Shown here in pieces: positions 1 to 12,389 of a DNA stretch of 64,000 nucleotides; position 1 is the stretch's first letter; each line of letters begins with the position of its first letter. The translations under genes and the position numbers were made by a program. The notes under the pieces are model-generated. The model made no database searches. It was given only the letters and a program-made list of their open reading frames with translations, and was not told the origin of the DNA. This DNA comes from Octopus vulgaris (Eukaryota), in contig OX597817.1 in the NCBI GenBank assembly GCA_951406725.2, forward strand, positions 110,050,001 through 110,114,000, given 5' to 3'.

Positions 1-342
1 AAACTAGAAACAGCAGCCAAACCCCCAAATTACATCTTACTATTTTACATAGGCATTGGGCTTAAACCTAGCTTAAACCTAAGGTAGTGCAATATGCTGT
101 TGCAATATTTCGTGAAAGGTGAATGCTGCCTACATTTTTTATAACATACCAAAGTGCTAAATAAGGATTTTCTGAGTATAATACATATATGTGTGTAGTA
201 CCTTCCATACTTCCATTTTATGATTTCAAACAATAGATGACTCCTATTTCCTCAGCTATTGTGAAAGTCTGCTAAAAATTATTGTTTCCAAACACCTGGG
301 CATCAGTGTAAAACATGGTACATAGATAACAACAAGCACTAA

Positions 343-381
<39 letters not shown>

Positions 382-557
382 CACACAGAAGTTCAAAATT
401 TATGACAGAAATAACCAAACACAACAAAGTGAAAGCATGATGTAATTACTATTTTAACACTCAATGAGATGCCAAGCTGGCAGAATCTTTAGCACATCAG
501 AGAAAATGCTTAGCAGCTTTTCATGTGGCTGTTCATGATATAAGTCCTTTCATGGTT

Positions 558-1097
558 GATAAGCACCCCAGCAGGATAACCCTCTAGACATTTAAGGGAG
601 CTAGGTCCTTAGTCTTAGATGCAACATGTAGCAACACATTCCACTGCTCCAACCTTGTAGCATCTGGCAAAAACCCAAGTGTTTCCTCCCTTAATGTGGA
701 GAAGAGAAACATCAATATGTACAGGAACGTGGCTGGCCACTATCAGTTTGTGCTCGTTGCTGTTAAGACATCAGGTATTCTAGGACCTCATACTACCAAT
801 TTCTTCCACAAAATAGGAATAGTGGCAGCCTGACAGAGAAATGAACCCCACAAGATGTAGCAACTACTGCAGCAAGTGTCGCTGGCCACTCTCCATGGCA
901 ATGCCATTGCAATCATTACCACAGAGCGCTGCTGAGCATCTCTCTCGTTCTGGGATATGCGGCCCATCACCCTTCCCCCTCCATCTTCCACTGCTTTGTC
1001 CCCCACGTTTTTCTCCCTTTTTTCTTTCATCTTTTCAAAGTATTAAATAAAATCCCATTTATAAAATCCATTTTTATTAAATAAAATCCCATTACTT
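558..1097 (+). mobile_element. 3' fragment of a CRE-clade non-LTR retrotransposon (RLE endonuclease C-terminus plus 3' UTR)
   Basis: One frame from 558 reads DKHPSRITL*TFKGARSLVLDATCSNT...VEKRNINMYRN...YQFVLVAVKTSGILGP...LLQQVSLATLHGNAIAI. This matches the CRE-type pattern KRPDG.T..P...G..L.WDAT...AE.RK..KY...F.PVAVET.G..G...L.QR.S.A..RGNA. It has in-frame stops, a tandem ataaaatcccatt tail, and gttgataa duplicated at 555-562 and 1098-1105 (putative TSD), splitting a SINE. Confidence 0.75.
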
Positions 1098-1711
1098 GTT
1101 GATAAAATATGTACCAGTTGAGCATTGGAGGTCAGTGCAATCAACTAAACCCGTCCCCTTATACTGTTAGCCTTGTCCCTAAATTTGCAACAATTATTTT
1201 ATTACTAAATGGAAGTTTAACCCCTTCATTACCATATTTCTGTTGAAACACACAACCTTCATTTTAACCATTTTAATTCATTTTGAAAATAATAAATATT
1301 TTGCTAAAATAACTGTCATATTAAGTTGGTATTTAGAACATAAATTAACATGAAATTTTAATGGAAGGTTTTAAATCTGCATCACTATAAATCCTGAAGC
1401 TTACATCATAGAACCAAGAGTGGTTTTTGATGGTTAGCATCAAGCTCTTCTTCATAAAGTTAGATATTTAAATGAACAAAATGTAAAGCAAATACACTAA
1501 AATGCAAATAATAAAGTAACGTATTGTTCTGTACACACACACACACACACGCACACACATACATACACATTTCTTTTTTGGGGGGGAAATAGTAAATCTT
1601 GAAGCACATGAGGCTATAAATAATAGCATGTAAATATTGGGTTGGGAAAATCCTTTTTGGATAAAAAAAATTCAATGTTGATGTCAGTTATAAATATATA
1701 TATATATATAT

Positions 1712-2260
1712 ATATTTAAATAATGAGGGAGATAAATTAATATTAATTCTAATATCAATTTAAAACCAGTAGTCTAGCATACAAAAAATCTGAGAAATCA
1801 GAGAAAATTCTAATATATGTGTATATTGGCAGGGCAAGACTGCTAGGTAGTCGGCCGTATGCTAGAAATAGATCATCAACGATCAAACTACAAAGAAAGT
1901 TCTCTAGAGGAAAAATTCAACGAACACCAGAACCAAATTTGGCGGGCAGGACAGATGAAAATCTATATAAAAAACAGAATTAATTGCATACCTCGGTTTC
2001 GGCCTTTAACAAAAGAATTACTTACATAATTCAAATGTCCGTGGCCTCATCAGTACAATTGTTCAGTGTAAATGCAATTTGAAAAACTAATCCCAGCCTT
2101 CTGTGCCAAAACAGACACGTGTTTAGTTTTACCGATTACATTAGGTATAAAATTTCAAACGTCTTAGTTCCGGCGCGCTAAAAGACTCCTGAAGTAAATA
2201 ATTCACTGCGGTTAGTGCTTGCTACTAGAGAACGTATTTATTTCAATATTTAAATAATGA
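1712..2260 (-). mobile_element. Non-coding retrozyme/Penelope-pLTR-like element in a (TA)n tract
   Basis: 15-bp direct repeat atatttaaataatga at 1712-1726 and 2246-2260, TA microsatellite on both sides, CpG-rich interior, and an internal hammerhead motif. Confidence 0.6.
1982..2060 (-). ncRNA. Type I hammerhead ribozyme (complete core)
   Basis: Minus strand reads AATTGTA-CTGATGA-GGCC...(GAATTA tgtaag TAATTC)...GGCC-GAAA-CCGAGG-TA-TGCAATT. This gives a 7-bp stem I, the CUGAUGA core, an extended stem II, GAAA, a short stem III and a GUA cleavage triplet. Confidence 0.85.
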
Positions 2261-2267
2261 TATATAT

Positions 2268-2362
<95 letters not shown>

Positions 2363-2457
2363 TATATATATATATGTATCATCATCATCATCATCATCAT
2401 CGTTTAGCGATGTATATATGTATATTATATATATATATGTATATATATACATATATA

Positions 2458-2490
<33 letters not shown>

Positions 2491-2787
2491 ATTCATATAC
2501 ACTTTGGCCCTGAGTACACACAGTGTATGTGTGGGGGAAGGGTGATAAGTGCACTGGGACAACCCTGCAAATATGTGATGCAGGACAGTTTAATTCTTAA
2601 GGAATGCGAAAAAAAAAAACATTTTTCAGAATTTCACTCATGAGTCATTTGTTATGACTTGCTGAGTCAACACAAAACTAAACAACCTGCTGAAGTATTG
2701 ACAATTTTTTTTTATTGTATTGCTTCTGAATATATACTGTATCCATAGCAAAGATACTTAACTTTCACTCAGATACTTATTTTTTAT

Positions 2788-2965
2788 ATAGGTAGTGATA
2801 TAAAATTCAAAATAAATAGGTAGTGATATAAAATTCATAGGTAGTGATATAAAATTCAATAGGTAATGATATAAAATTCATAGGTAGTGATATAAAATTC
2901 AATAGGTAGTGATATAAAATTTTAAATAGGTAGTGATATAAATAGGTAGTGATATAAAATTCAAA
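2788..2965. repeat. Minisatellite, about 20-25-bp unit ataggtagtgatataaaattca, about 8 copies
   Basis: Direct tandem repeats visible in the sequence. Confidence 0.9.
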
Positions 2966-2974
2966 ATAAAATGT

Positions 2975-3390
2975 GTGGAGGCACAGACATGGCTGTGTGC
3001 TAAGAAGCTTTCTTCCTAACCACATGGTTCCCGGTTCAGTCCCACTGCATGGCTCCTTGGCAAGTGTCTTCTACTATAACCTTGGGCTGACCAAAGCCTT
3101 GTGAGTGGATTTGGTAGACAGAAGCTGAAAGAAGCCTGTCATATATACATATGTGTGTATATATCTGTGTATTTATGTCTGTTTGTCCCCCCACCCACCA
3201 TCGCTTGACAACTGATGTTGGTGTGTTTATGTCCCCATAACTTAGCAGTTTGGCAAGAAACCAATAGAATAAGTACTAGGCTTACGAAGACTAAGTCCTG
3301 GGGTTGATTTGTTCAACTAAAACCCCTTAAGGTGCTCCTCCAGTATGGCTGCAGTGAAATGGCTGAAACAAATAATAAAAGAATAAAAGA
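2975..3390 (+). mobile_element. tRNA-derived SINE, family A
   Basis: Head ggcatggctgtgtg..taagaagcttt..ggttcagtcccactgc (A/B-box-like) and body gcaagtgtcttctactatagcc..gtgagtggatttggtagac. Further copies at about 4770-5128(-), 5730-6115(+), 16505-16690(-), 25265-25675(-), 34730-34905(-), 35422-35778(-), 40100-40245(-), 43320-43725(-), 45790-45945(-) and 55540-55760(+). Confidence 0.85.
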
Positions 3391-3440
3391 ATAAATTATC
3401 CAAATGAACTAATGGATTTGAATTTGGGTAATCACATTAA

Positions 3441-3645
3441 CCATTTAGTTATATCCGACCCAAATATTTTATTTTTGCTTTATGTTCAAACCAGCTAGAT
3501 CTGGTCCCTCATACCAACTCTGCAGTGTAATTCTAAAAATAAACAATCACATCACTGACATCTTGAAGTTGCAAGATAAAACATAATAAATTCAAAATGA
3601 TAATATAAATATTATATTTCAGAGAGTAATCTGAATTCTAAAGGG
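3441..3645. mobile_element. piggyBac-like MITE (TTAA-flanked)
   Basis: TTAA-cc(a)tttag ... ctaaaggg-TTAA. Same family as 18529-18746 and 26407-26589. Confidence 0.65.
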
Positions 3646-3894
3646 TTAAAGTGTGATGTACTGAAAGCTCTACAAAAAAAAAAAAAAAGAAAGAAAGAAG
3701 GTAGAAAAAAAGAAAAAGACAGAAAAATTCTTAATTGAAATTTTCCATTTTGTTGATAAAGAAAACAAAAAAAGAAAACTCTCAAAGAAAAGGGGAGATA
3801 ACCTTAAGAAATTAAGAATTAATTTCTTAAGTTAAATAAACATGCTTAGGGAAATAAATCTGACAGTTCACTGCTGTACATATTGCATGTGTGA

Positions 3895-3944
<50 letters not shown>

Positions 3945-5862
3945 AAGTGAGACTGTGAATGACCAGTGTTTTGTTTTGCTTGCAAGTAATGATTTTCAAT
4001 ACTTTTACATCATGGGAAAGGTGAGAAGCTACAATATTCAATTAGAGTCACTTCATGAAAATGAAAGCTTCAATGTTGTCCCAAAAATTCAGTGTGTTAC
4101 GTGAATATACAAATACTTACAACTCAAAATAATTTATAATAAACCAATCAGATTCATGATGTTTTATTTTTAAAACTGTAAATTAATCAATAAATAAATG
4201 AAAAGTCTTTTTGTTTTCTGTCCAGAAAGGATATTAAATAACAATTTGTGCCAACGTTAATAAGAGATGAAAATAGGTTTTCTGTCTGGAAAAAAACGCA
4301 GTTAAAATATAAATGGAAATGTGAATAACTAGTAAAAATATTGGAAAGGGTTGTATTCAAATTTTTTGAGAAAATAGTATCAAAATATAATGCCTGCAGA
4401 TATATTTGTTGCTTGGAAAACAATAGGGAAAAACTATTGATTTATTAATTGTATGAAAAACTAGAGAAAGATTAGAACAAGGTGGATGAGCTAGATGCTG
4501 TGTCATTCATGCATTTCAAGCAATTATTGGGATACTGTAGTTATTCAACTAAATTAGGTCAATGGCATTTACTGATTATATTCTATGCAGTGCGGAAACA
4601 AAGTAGCTCTCCTTTGGTCAGTTAACCTGTTAGAAACGTTAATCAAATCTCTCTCAAATCATTATCTATCATTTTGACATATATGGCCTGTATAGTGATA
4701 GATAACCTGAAAATATATTGTATATTACATACAACAGCATAAGCTCTCTTACATATCACACCTTTCTATTTTTTTCTTTTATGTGGCCTTGCTTGGGCAT
4801 TGCATTATAGAAATTTTTTAGTTAAACAAATTGACACCACTACTCATATTTTTTAAAGCCTGGTACTTATTCTATCAGCTCTTTTGCCGAACTGCTAAGT
4901 TATGGGGACAAAATGCACCAGTACTGGTTGTCAAGCAGTGGTGGAGCACAAACACATAGACACACACACACATATATATGATGAATTTCTTTCAGTTTCC
5001 ATCAACCAAATTCACCCACAAGGTTTTGGTCAGCCCAGGGCTATAGTAGAACTGCAACACAGTAGGATTGAGCCTGGAGCCATGTGGTTAGGAAGCAAAC
5101 TTCTTACCATACAACTATGCCTGCACCTAACTTGAGAAAAAATAAAAGATAGGAAAGTGTGATTTGTAAGAAATGGAAGATTTGTATGATGTGTAGGAGA
5201 TAGAAGATAGATTTCCAGACAATAGACATAAGATAAAATAAGAACAGTAATAAATGAGTGAAGAACAAATATAAAGTGTGTATGTTTATTTGGCAAGAAG
5301 AGAAAAAAGACCATCTCAAAATACAACAATATCTGTTTCAATACACGGTTTCAAATCAAAAATCTTGCAACACAAATTCATAAACATTTCATAATGTAAT
5401 TTTAGATGTACTATGTGATGTGCATTTATTTTTATGTTCATTTTTCCATGCTAGCATGAATTAGATAAATATATTGTTGAAATATTGCTTTACCTTCAGG
5501 TGCCCTTCCTGATGTTATCTCTTACCTATTTTTCAAATAAAAATATCTCTTATTCCTGAGATTTTATTTTATTAACCCTGGATGGATGGAAACATAAAAT
5601 TGATCTCAGTGGAATTTGAACTAAGAACGCAATAACAAATTATGTAGGCATTTCGTCCAATGCTCTAAAAACTATGCTAAATTACAGCAGTTCTATGTTC
5701 ACTAATTTTAAATAAAGCAATTTGTTGAAGCTCACTTTGCAACCATGGAGTTTCAGGTTCAATTCCACTGCACAACACTTTGGGCAAATGTCTTTTACTA
5801 TAATCTCAAACTGATCAATGCCTTGTGAGTGAATTTGTTAGATAGAAACTGTATGGAAACCT

Positions 5863-5915
<53 letters not shown>

Positions 5916-6479
5916 ATGTGTGTGGGTGTGTTTGTCCCCTCCCACTACTTGGCAACTAGCATAGGTCTTTTTACATCCCAGTAACTTAGTGATTCAACAA
6001 AATATATCAATACAAGTACCAGGGTTAAAAATAAGTATTGGAGTTAATACCTTCAAGGTATTTCTGCTGCTTGGCCACAGTCCAATGACTGAAACAAGCA
6101 AAGGGTAAAAGATTAAAAATAAATTGTTAGACAATAGATAATAATTAAAATTAGAATCTAATTAGAAATAGAATCAATGCATTAATGGTGATGGCAGCCA
6201 ATTTTCCAAATGAACCAAGGAAACTGTGTTTCTGTTGGGGTTTATTTCTTTACAGTTAGTCACAAATGAAGTGCCAGTTTTTTTTCTCTCTGGAGACAGA
6301 AAGTGGGATTTGAAATCAGACTACACAGAACCAGAGCAGATACTATAAGGCATCCTATCCAATGTTCTAATAATTCCACCTGTTTGCTACCTTGGATCAT
6401 GAAGAATGAAATGTCCAATTTTGAGCTGAAAGTTTACTTTATCTCAATAAAAAGCAATACAGTATTCACCTAAAGCAAT

Positions 6480-6830
6480 ACAAGTATGCACCTAAATGAT
6501 CAACATGATTTTGCCATTTTATCAGTAGCTTATTTATGCTGCCAACATAGAATTCTGGAGAGCAAGAAGTGATGATATCACAAAAGGCTGTTTTGCATCT
6601 TCTTTAGATTTGAAGTTTTTTCCTTGCAAAAAGTTGTCTAATGCCTGGAAAATGTGATAGTCAGTTGGTGCAAAGTCTGGTGAATATGGTGGATGACAGA
6701 GTACTTCCAAGTTCAGTTCCTGTAACTTGAATAGCGTTCTTTGTGCAACATGTGGTCAAGCATTGTCTTGCAAGAGAATTGGTCTGTCTCAATTGACCAA
6801 TCTCAGTTGTTTAACTGCAAGTACACATTT
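6480..6830 (-). mobile_element. Mariner (DD34D) transposase 3' fragment, pseudogenised
   Basis: Minus strand reads PILLQDNA*PHVAQRTLFKLQELNLEVLCHPPYSPDFAPTDYHIFQALDNFLQGK, containing the mariner HDNARPH and YSPDLAP.D motifs. Confidence 0.85.
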
Positions 6831-7214
6831 TGTGCTGAATATTCTCTTTTGGATAGAGACTTCAAGGATAAGACTTCATGGTTATTCCAGTAATGATATT
6901 GAACATCTACTAAAAAATATAATGGTATTTTCTGCAAGACATGTTGCATTAATAGACTTGACACCAGATCCAGCCTCTCACATCTACGAAGAGGCACGAG
7001 GCTTAGTTAGGGTGTTGGACTCATGATCATAAGATTGTGGTTTTCATTCCTAGACCGAGTGACACATATTCCTGAGCAAAACACTTCATTTCATGTCACT
7101 CCACTCAACTCAGCTGGCAAAAATGGGTTTTATCCTCCTGCATTCCTAGATCAGATTGTGTTGGTGCCAACTACTTTTCTTTACCTGTTTGAAGACAGCT
7201 CAGTAGCCAAGTAA

Positions 7215-7433
7215 TACTGGTTTCAAATTTCGGCACAAGGTCAGCAACTTCGAAGGAGAGAGTAAGTCGATTACATTGACCTCCAGCGCTCAACTGGTAC
7301 TTATTTTATCAGCTCTGAAAGGATGAAGGGCAAAGTCAACCTCGGAGGAATTTGAACTCAGAACATAAAGACGGATGACATGCTGCTAAGCATTTTGCCT
7401 GGCAAGCTGACAATTCTACCAGCTTGCCGCCTT
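7215..7433 (-). mobile_element. tRNA-derived SINE, family B
   Basis: Reverse complement of ggcggcaagctggtagaattgtcagc..ttctgagttcaaattcc..aagtaccagttgagc. Other copies at about 472-555/1098-1195(+), 12425-12625(-), 36690-36920(-), 39130-39342(+), 41758-41965(+), 45440-45630(+), 57845-58010(+) and 58205-58410(+). Confidence 0.85.
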
Positions 7434-8433
7434 CAATAGCCAGTAATATGCAAGAGTAAGATTTAACTAGGTTTAAGTCACTGTTGCAGAAATTAGCCAA
7501 GTGCCAGGTCAACATATAGATTAAATGAGAATATTTCCATAGCAAAAATACAAAGTGCTCCAACATACAAAGTGAATAAACCAACAATAGTCATTTATTT
7601 TTAACTATTTAAATAACCTCCATTTTAAATTGTAAAGCTTTCAAATCTGTTTTTGTTTTTATTCTTTCTTTTTATTTCTATTCTCCCTGATTTTGAAATA
7701 ACTTTCAATTAATAATTTTAAAATTTTCTTTACAATTTTCTGTAATTTTTAAAAACAAAATGTTTTTTTATAATTTTATAAAGATTTCAATCTTAAAGAA
7801 ATATGATTTTTAAAAAAATTTTATATTTCTATTTATGATACGAAAAGCATTTACAAAAATATCAGTACTGTAACAGATAAAATCTATGCCATGTTCGATT
7901 ACAAGAAGTACTTCGTTTCAAACATCCCTGACTGTGCTTGCAACACATGTACACAGTCTACTTTCATTTTTAGATCGTGTTTCAGGCAATATTTACCTTA
8001 TTTATTTTTTATTTTGTAAACAGTTGCTTCTCTCTCTCTCTGTATTTCTTTGCATATTTACCTACTCTAGATTTCTTGCCTGACAGATACAATTTCCCCT
8101 ACCTTTTTTTCTTTCTTTCTTTCTTTCCTTCCTTCTTTCTTTCTTTCTTTCCTTCCTTCCTTCTTTCTTTCTTTCTTTCTACCAGTATGGTATACAGTGA
8201 AAACTGCTTATTACAATCAGACAATGTCATCAAACGGCTATTAAGATCAAAATCAATGGGTCTCAAACATACTGAGAATATTGTTTTCGTTCTGCTTAAT
8301 GTTATCATCAGCCAGTGGGCGATGTATGAGATTCCATCCTAAGTAATTACAATAAACGTCTTCAACGGTACAGTGCGTGTTCATCTATGTGTTTGTGTGT
8401 GTGTGCATATATGTATACATATATATATATATG

Positions 8434-8487
<54 letters not shown>

Positions 8488-8502
8488 CACACACACAAAT
8501 AT

Positions 8503-8560
<58 letters not shown>

Positions 8561-8749
8561 TACACTCTCTGGCAGATAAACAGAGACAGAGCTCTGAAAG
8601 TGTATAACATAAGGGTTGTGCGCAGATGTGTATGTATATGTACATGTGTCTATTTTTATACACGCCAGTATTAGGTCTCTTTTGTTTATAATTTACCTAC
8701 CTCATCTCATCACTACCTATAAAGCTTTATCCCTTTCTCCCACTTTTTA

Positions 8750-8800
8750 CTTTATCTATCTATCTAGCTAGCTAGCCAGTTATCCATCCATCCATCCATC

Positions 8801-8897
<97 letters not shown>

Positions 8898-8922
8898 CCT
8901 ACCTACCTACCTACCTATCTAC

Positions 8923-8953
<31 letters not shown>

Positions 8954-8990
8954 CCAATCTATCTATCAATCTATCAATATATCAATCTAT
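8750..8990. repeat. (TATC)n/(TACC)n microsatellite
   Basis: Directly visible. One of many microsatellites, e.g. (TA)n/(TACA)n at 2260-2495 and 8395-8560, (TG)n at 5865-5930, (CT)n at 60680-60770. Confidence 0.95.
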
Positions 8991-9069
8991 CTCTTGAAAT
9001 TAGTGTTTAGCCCTCTGACTTCATATTCTTCCATCTCTCGACAATCGTTTCACCATTTTATACTGTTTT

Positions 9070-9119
<50 letters not shown>

Positions 9120-9468
9120 TATAATATACATACATATATATATGTGCGTGTATATATGTATGTGTGTGTGTGACTTTGATGCTGTCATTTCCTTTCTCTC
9201 TCTCTCATTTTCTTTCCTATATTCATTAGTCTTTTCTAATCTCTTTTTAACCAATGACTAATACTACTTCTCAGTTTCCCTTTATATCTACCTATCTATC
9301 TATGCCAATCACAATGAACGCATATTAATCTCTTCCCCCATTTTCATCTTTCTAACGGTAATATACCTCTCTTTCCTTCACACCTTCCTTTTTTTTTCTC
9401 CTATCGACTTCTACCTCTCTTTTTTTCTCTTTCTCTCTCCATCTCTTTCCCTGCCCCCCCCCCCTCTA

Positions 9469-9503
<35 letters not shown>

Positions 9504-9549
9504 GTTTCGGTTCTAAAGTCTTGCTATCTACTTTCCATCTTTGCACCTG

Positions 9550-9821
9550 TTCTCTTTCTCTCGAAATTATTTTCTCTTCATCTTTATTGACAATCGACTT
9601 AACCTATCCTCACCTCTGATTAAAGTCGCCACTCAATTTAATGTGTTTCGTATACATCAGTGTATCACGCGCGCACACGCACACACACAATAATACATAT
9701 GCATATCTACATTAATGTATATATTTGTGTGGAAGTTTGCGCAGCCTTGATTTATATAAGTTACTTTACCTAATTCTTATACAATACGTGATTATCTCTC
9801 TCTCTTTCTCTCTCTCTTTCG

Positions 9822-9854
<33 letters not shown>

Positions 9855-10520
9855 TCACACACACACATACGCACACAATCTATCTATATATCTGTGTGCG
9901 TTTTCAGTCTATCTCATTCAATCCATTTACGCTAGAAACCTTCGCATCAACAAAAAGAGTATTAGAGTATCAACTGCAACAGTAACGAAAACATAAGAGG
10001 GGAAAAGTGCTACTAGCTTTCGTTGTAAGTGAGTGAAGGTAAAATCACTGCAAACGAAAAAGTTACGAACCCAGCCGCCGTCGACATTAGAGATTGATAC
10101 GACGTGGGCGAAGGTGTCGTAGGCTCATTCGAAACAGAGAGTGAAACAAGGAATACATACATATATACATACATATATACATACATACATACACACATAC
10201 ATATATACATACATACATATTTGTGAACTATTTACATATATATATGTATGCGTGTGTGTGCATCTATACAGGTGGAAGAAAGGTCTGTTACACACCACTA
10301 CCTTCACCGCAGCCGCCGCAACCACCCGCATTTCTACCAAACTCATGGAGAGAGGGGTTAAGGTGGAAGCCAACACTCAACCTATAGAGTGTATTTAAAT
10401 TTTCTTCCCTTATTTTTACGTTTTGAGTATTTTCCAACATGAGTTATGCGGAGAGTGACGTGAGTAATGTTCGTGTTATCATTTATTCACCCTCTGCATT
10501 TTTACACCAAAGATGCGCGC

Positions 10521-10551
<31 letters not shown>

Positions 10552-10560
10552 CGCGCGCAC
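9550..10560. promoter_or_regulatory. CpG-retaining unique region, candidate promoter/5' UTR
   Basis: Visibly more CG dinucleotides (e.g. gccgccgtcgac, accgcagccgccgc, acgcgcgc) than the surrounding CpG-depleted DNA. Contains the candidate first exon. Confidence 0.35.
10439..10459 (+). CDS. Candidate first coding exon (MSYAESD) of the DPP6/10-like gene
   Basis: ATG AGT TAT GCG GAG AGT GAC is followed directly by a consensus GTGAGT donor in phase 0, compatible with the phase-0 start of exon 46844. It lies in a unique, CpG-retaining region (about 9550-10560). Inference only. Confidence 0.5.
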
Positions 10561-11136
10561 ACATTTGTATACATATACACATACATATTTATACGTAAAC
10601 ACACAGACATATTTATGTATATACATGCGTGGTTACATGTCGATTATTTTTGTCTATATTTTTATGTCGAACGTTATCTCAATATACATACTTATATTCT
10701 TTTTCTTGCATGTGTGTAGATATATGTATATATAGTTTTCTATATAAATATGCTTATGTGCATTTGTGTATAAATATGTATGTACGTGCGAATATATGTA
10801 TGTACGTATATACGCATGAATGTATGTATATGTGTGTATGTGTATCATTATCGTCGTCGTCATTTTAACGTCTAATTTTCCATGCTTTTATGGGATGAGA
10901 CAGAATTCGTTGAGGAAAATTTTCTACGGCCTGATGCACTTCCTGTTGCCATTCCTCACCTGTTTCCAAGCAAGGTAATATTTTCACATGGCTGGACGTG
11001 TTCACATGGAAAATTGGAAGCGAGAGAAACCACTTGTATGACGGAGATACTAGTTTACAAATATATCAAGAAATTAATGTCAAGAAATTGAGGCATGCAC
11101 AAACACGTTCTGCATCCGACCCGTAAATGTATGTGT

Positions 11137-11193
<57 letters not shown>

Positions 11194-12170
11194 GGGCGCT
11201 CAGGTTAAATTTGAATGTGCATAGAAGGAAATGTATTTTAAAAAGATCAAAAAATATTAACTAGATTATGGCTGGAAGATAAGTGCTTCTTTCATTTTCT
11301 GTTTACCAAATCTACTTACATTGCTTTGGTCTGCACTTGCCCAGAGCATCACACAGTGGGGCCAAACATAGAGCCCCATGACTAAGAGGCAAATTTCCTA
11401 ACTGTATATGTATATATGTATTAGGAATGTATACAGGGCTGCATATATGGGTCATGGCCAAGGACCCTTTTAACTCAGAGGAGCCTAAACCCTAGAGTTT
11501 AAAATTTTTAAATATATGTACATCAAACATAAATAAATTATAATCTTCTTTTTTTACTTAGTTGATTTTTTAAAATTCTGTAGAGTTCTTTTAAAATTAA
11601 TAAGCCTTCTTTTGATCTATTAGGCCCTTTTAGATTTAAAAAGGTCGTTAAATTTAACTGAGTCCCTCTGAATCCACCAAGGCCCTTTTAAGTTTCAAAC
11701 TGTTTGGGGCTCCTAGATTTAATGGAGCTCTCTTGCTGTTTTGAAGTAGCTCCTTTTTTTAGTATTGTTTTTTTTTTTTAAATACTTAGCACTTGTTTTC
11801 TTCTGCTGTCAACAGCACTGTAATCCAAATAAATGAACAAGGCAATATGTCAGAAACTATCAAAGTGCTGGCAGCCATTAAAATTATAGAATACCTATTA
11901 AAAATTTTATTTGAAAAATACAAAATTGATATGAAATTATAAATATTCTTTGTGTTTAGATTATTAACATTGTTTTTTTAGCCATACATATTCTTATAGT
12001 TTATAGTCTTGGTTGAGGAAAACAAATTTGTTTATTACCTTTGACATGCACAATATGATTGACCTTAGACATCTAAACAGTAGCAAATTACATATGCAAA
12101 ATTGTAGGGATCTCCCTACAATTTGGTCCAGAGGCCCCACCATGTCTAATTCCAGCCCCATATATATATC

Positions 12171-12389
12171 CAAAGGGGTGCTCAAAAGTACCTAGCTTTA
12201 AGAGTTTCATGAAAGGCTTAGTTGGAGGCCCAACCTTTCCGAGTTCCTTTACAGGACTTAGAAAAACAGAAAGACTACTGCAATAAATGTGTGAATCTGA
12301 AAGTGAAATATGTTGGATAAAATCATAATTCACTGATATTCCTGTATTTTCTTTTATACAAAACCAGGAACTTTTCAACACCCCCTCGC
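12171..12389. mobile_element. Mariner-derived MITE
   Basis: Imperfect TIRs: caaaggggtgctcaaaagtacctagc versus the reverse complement of the right end, cgagggggtgttgaaaagttcctgg. TA-rich flanks. Confidence 0.6.

Noticed and set aside
2212-2643. Long YIYI/HHHH ORFs (also 8362-8674, 10013-10868 in part, 25559-26077)
   Set aside because: They are translations of (TA)n, (CA)n, (CAT)n and (TAG)n microsatellites.
8185-8345. Exon or ORF MVYSENCLLQ... after a polypyrimidine tract
   Set aside because: The pyrimidine tract is a (CTTT)n microsatellite, the ORF ends in a stop, and no homology is recognisable. A UTR exon cannot be excluded.
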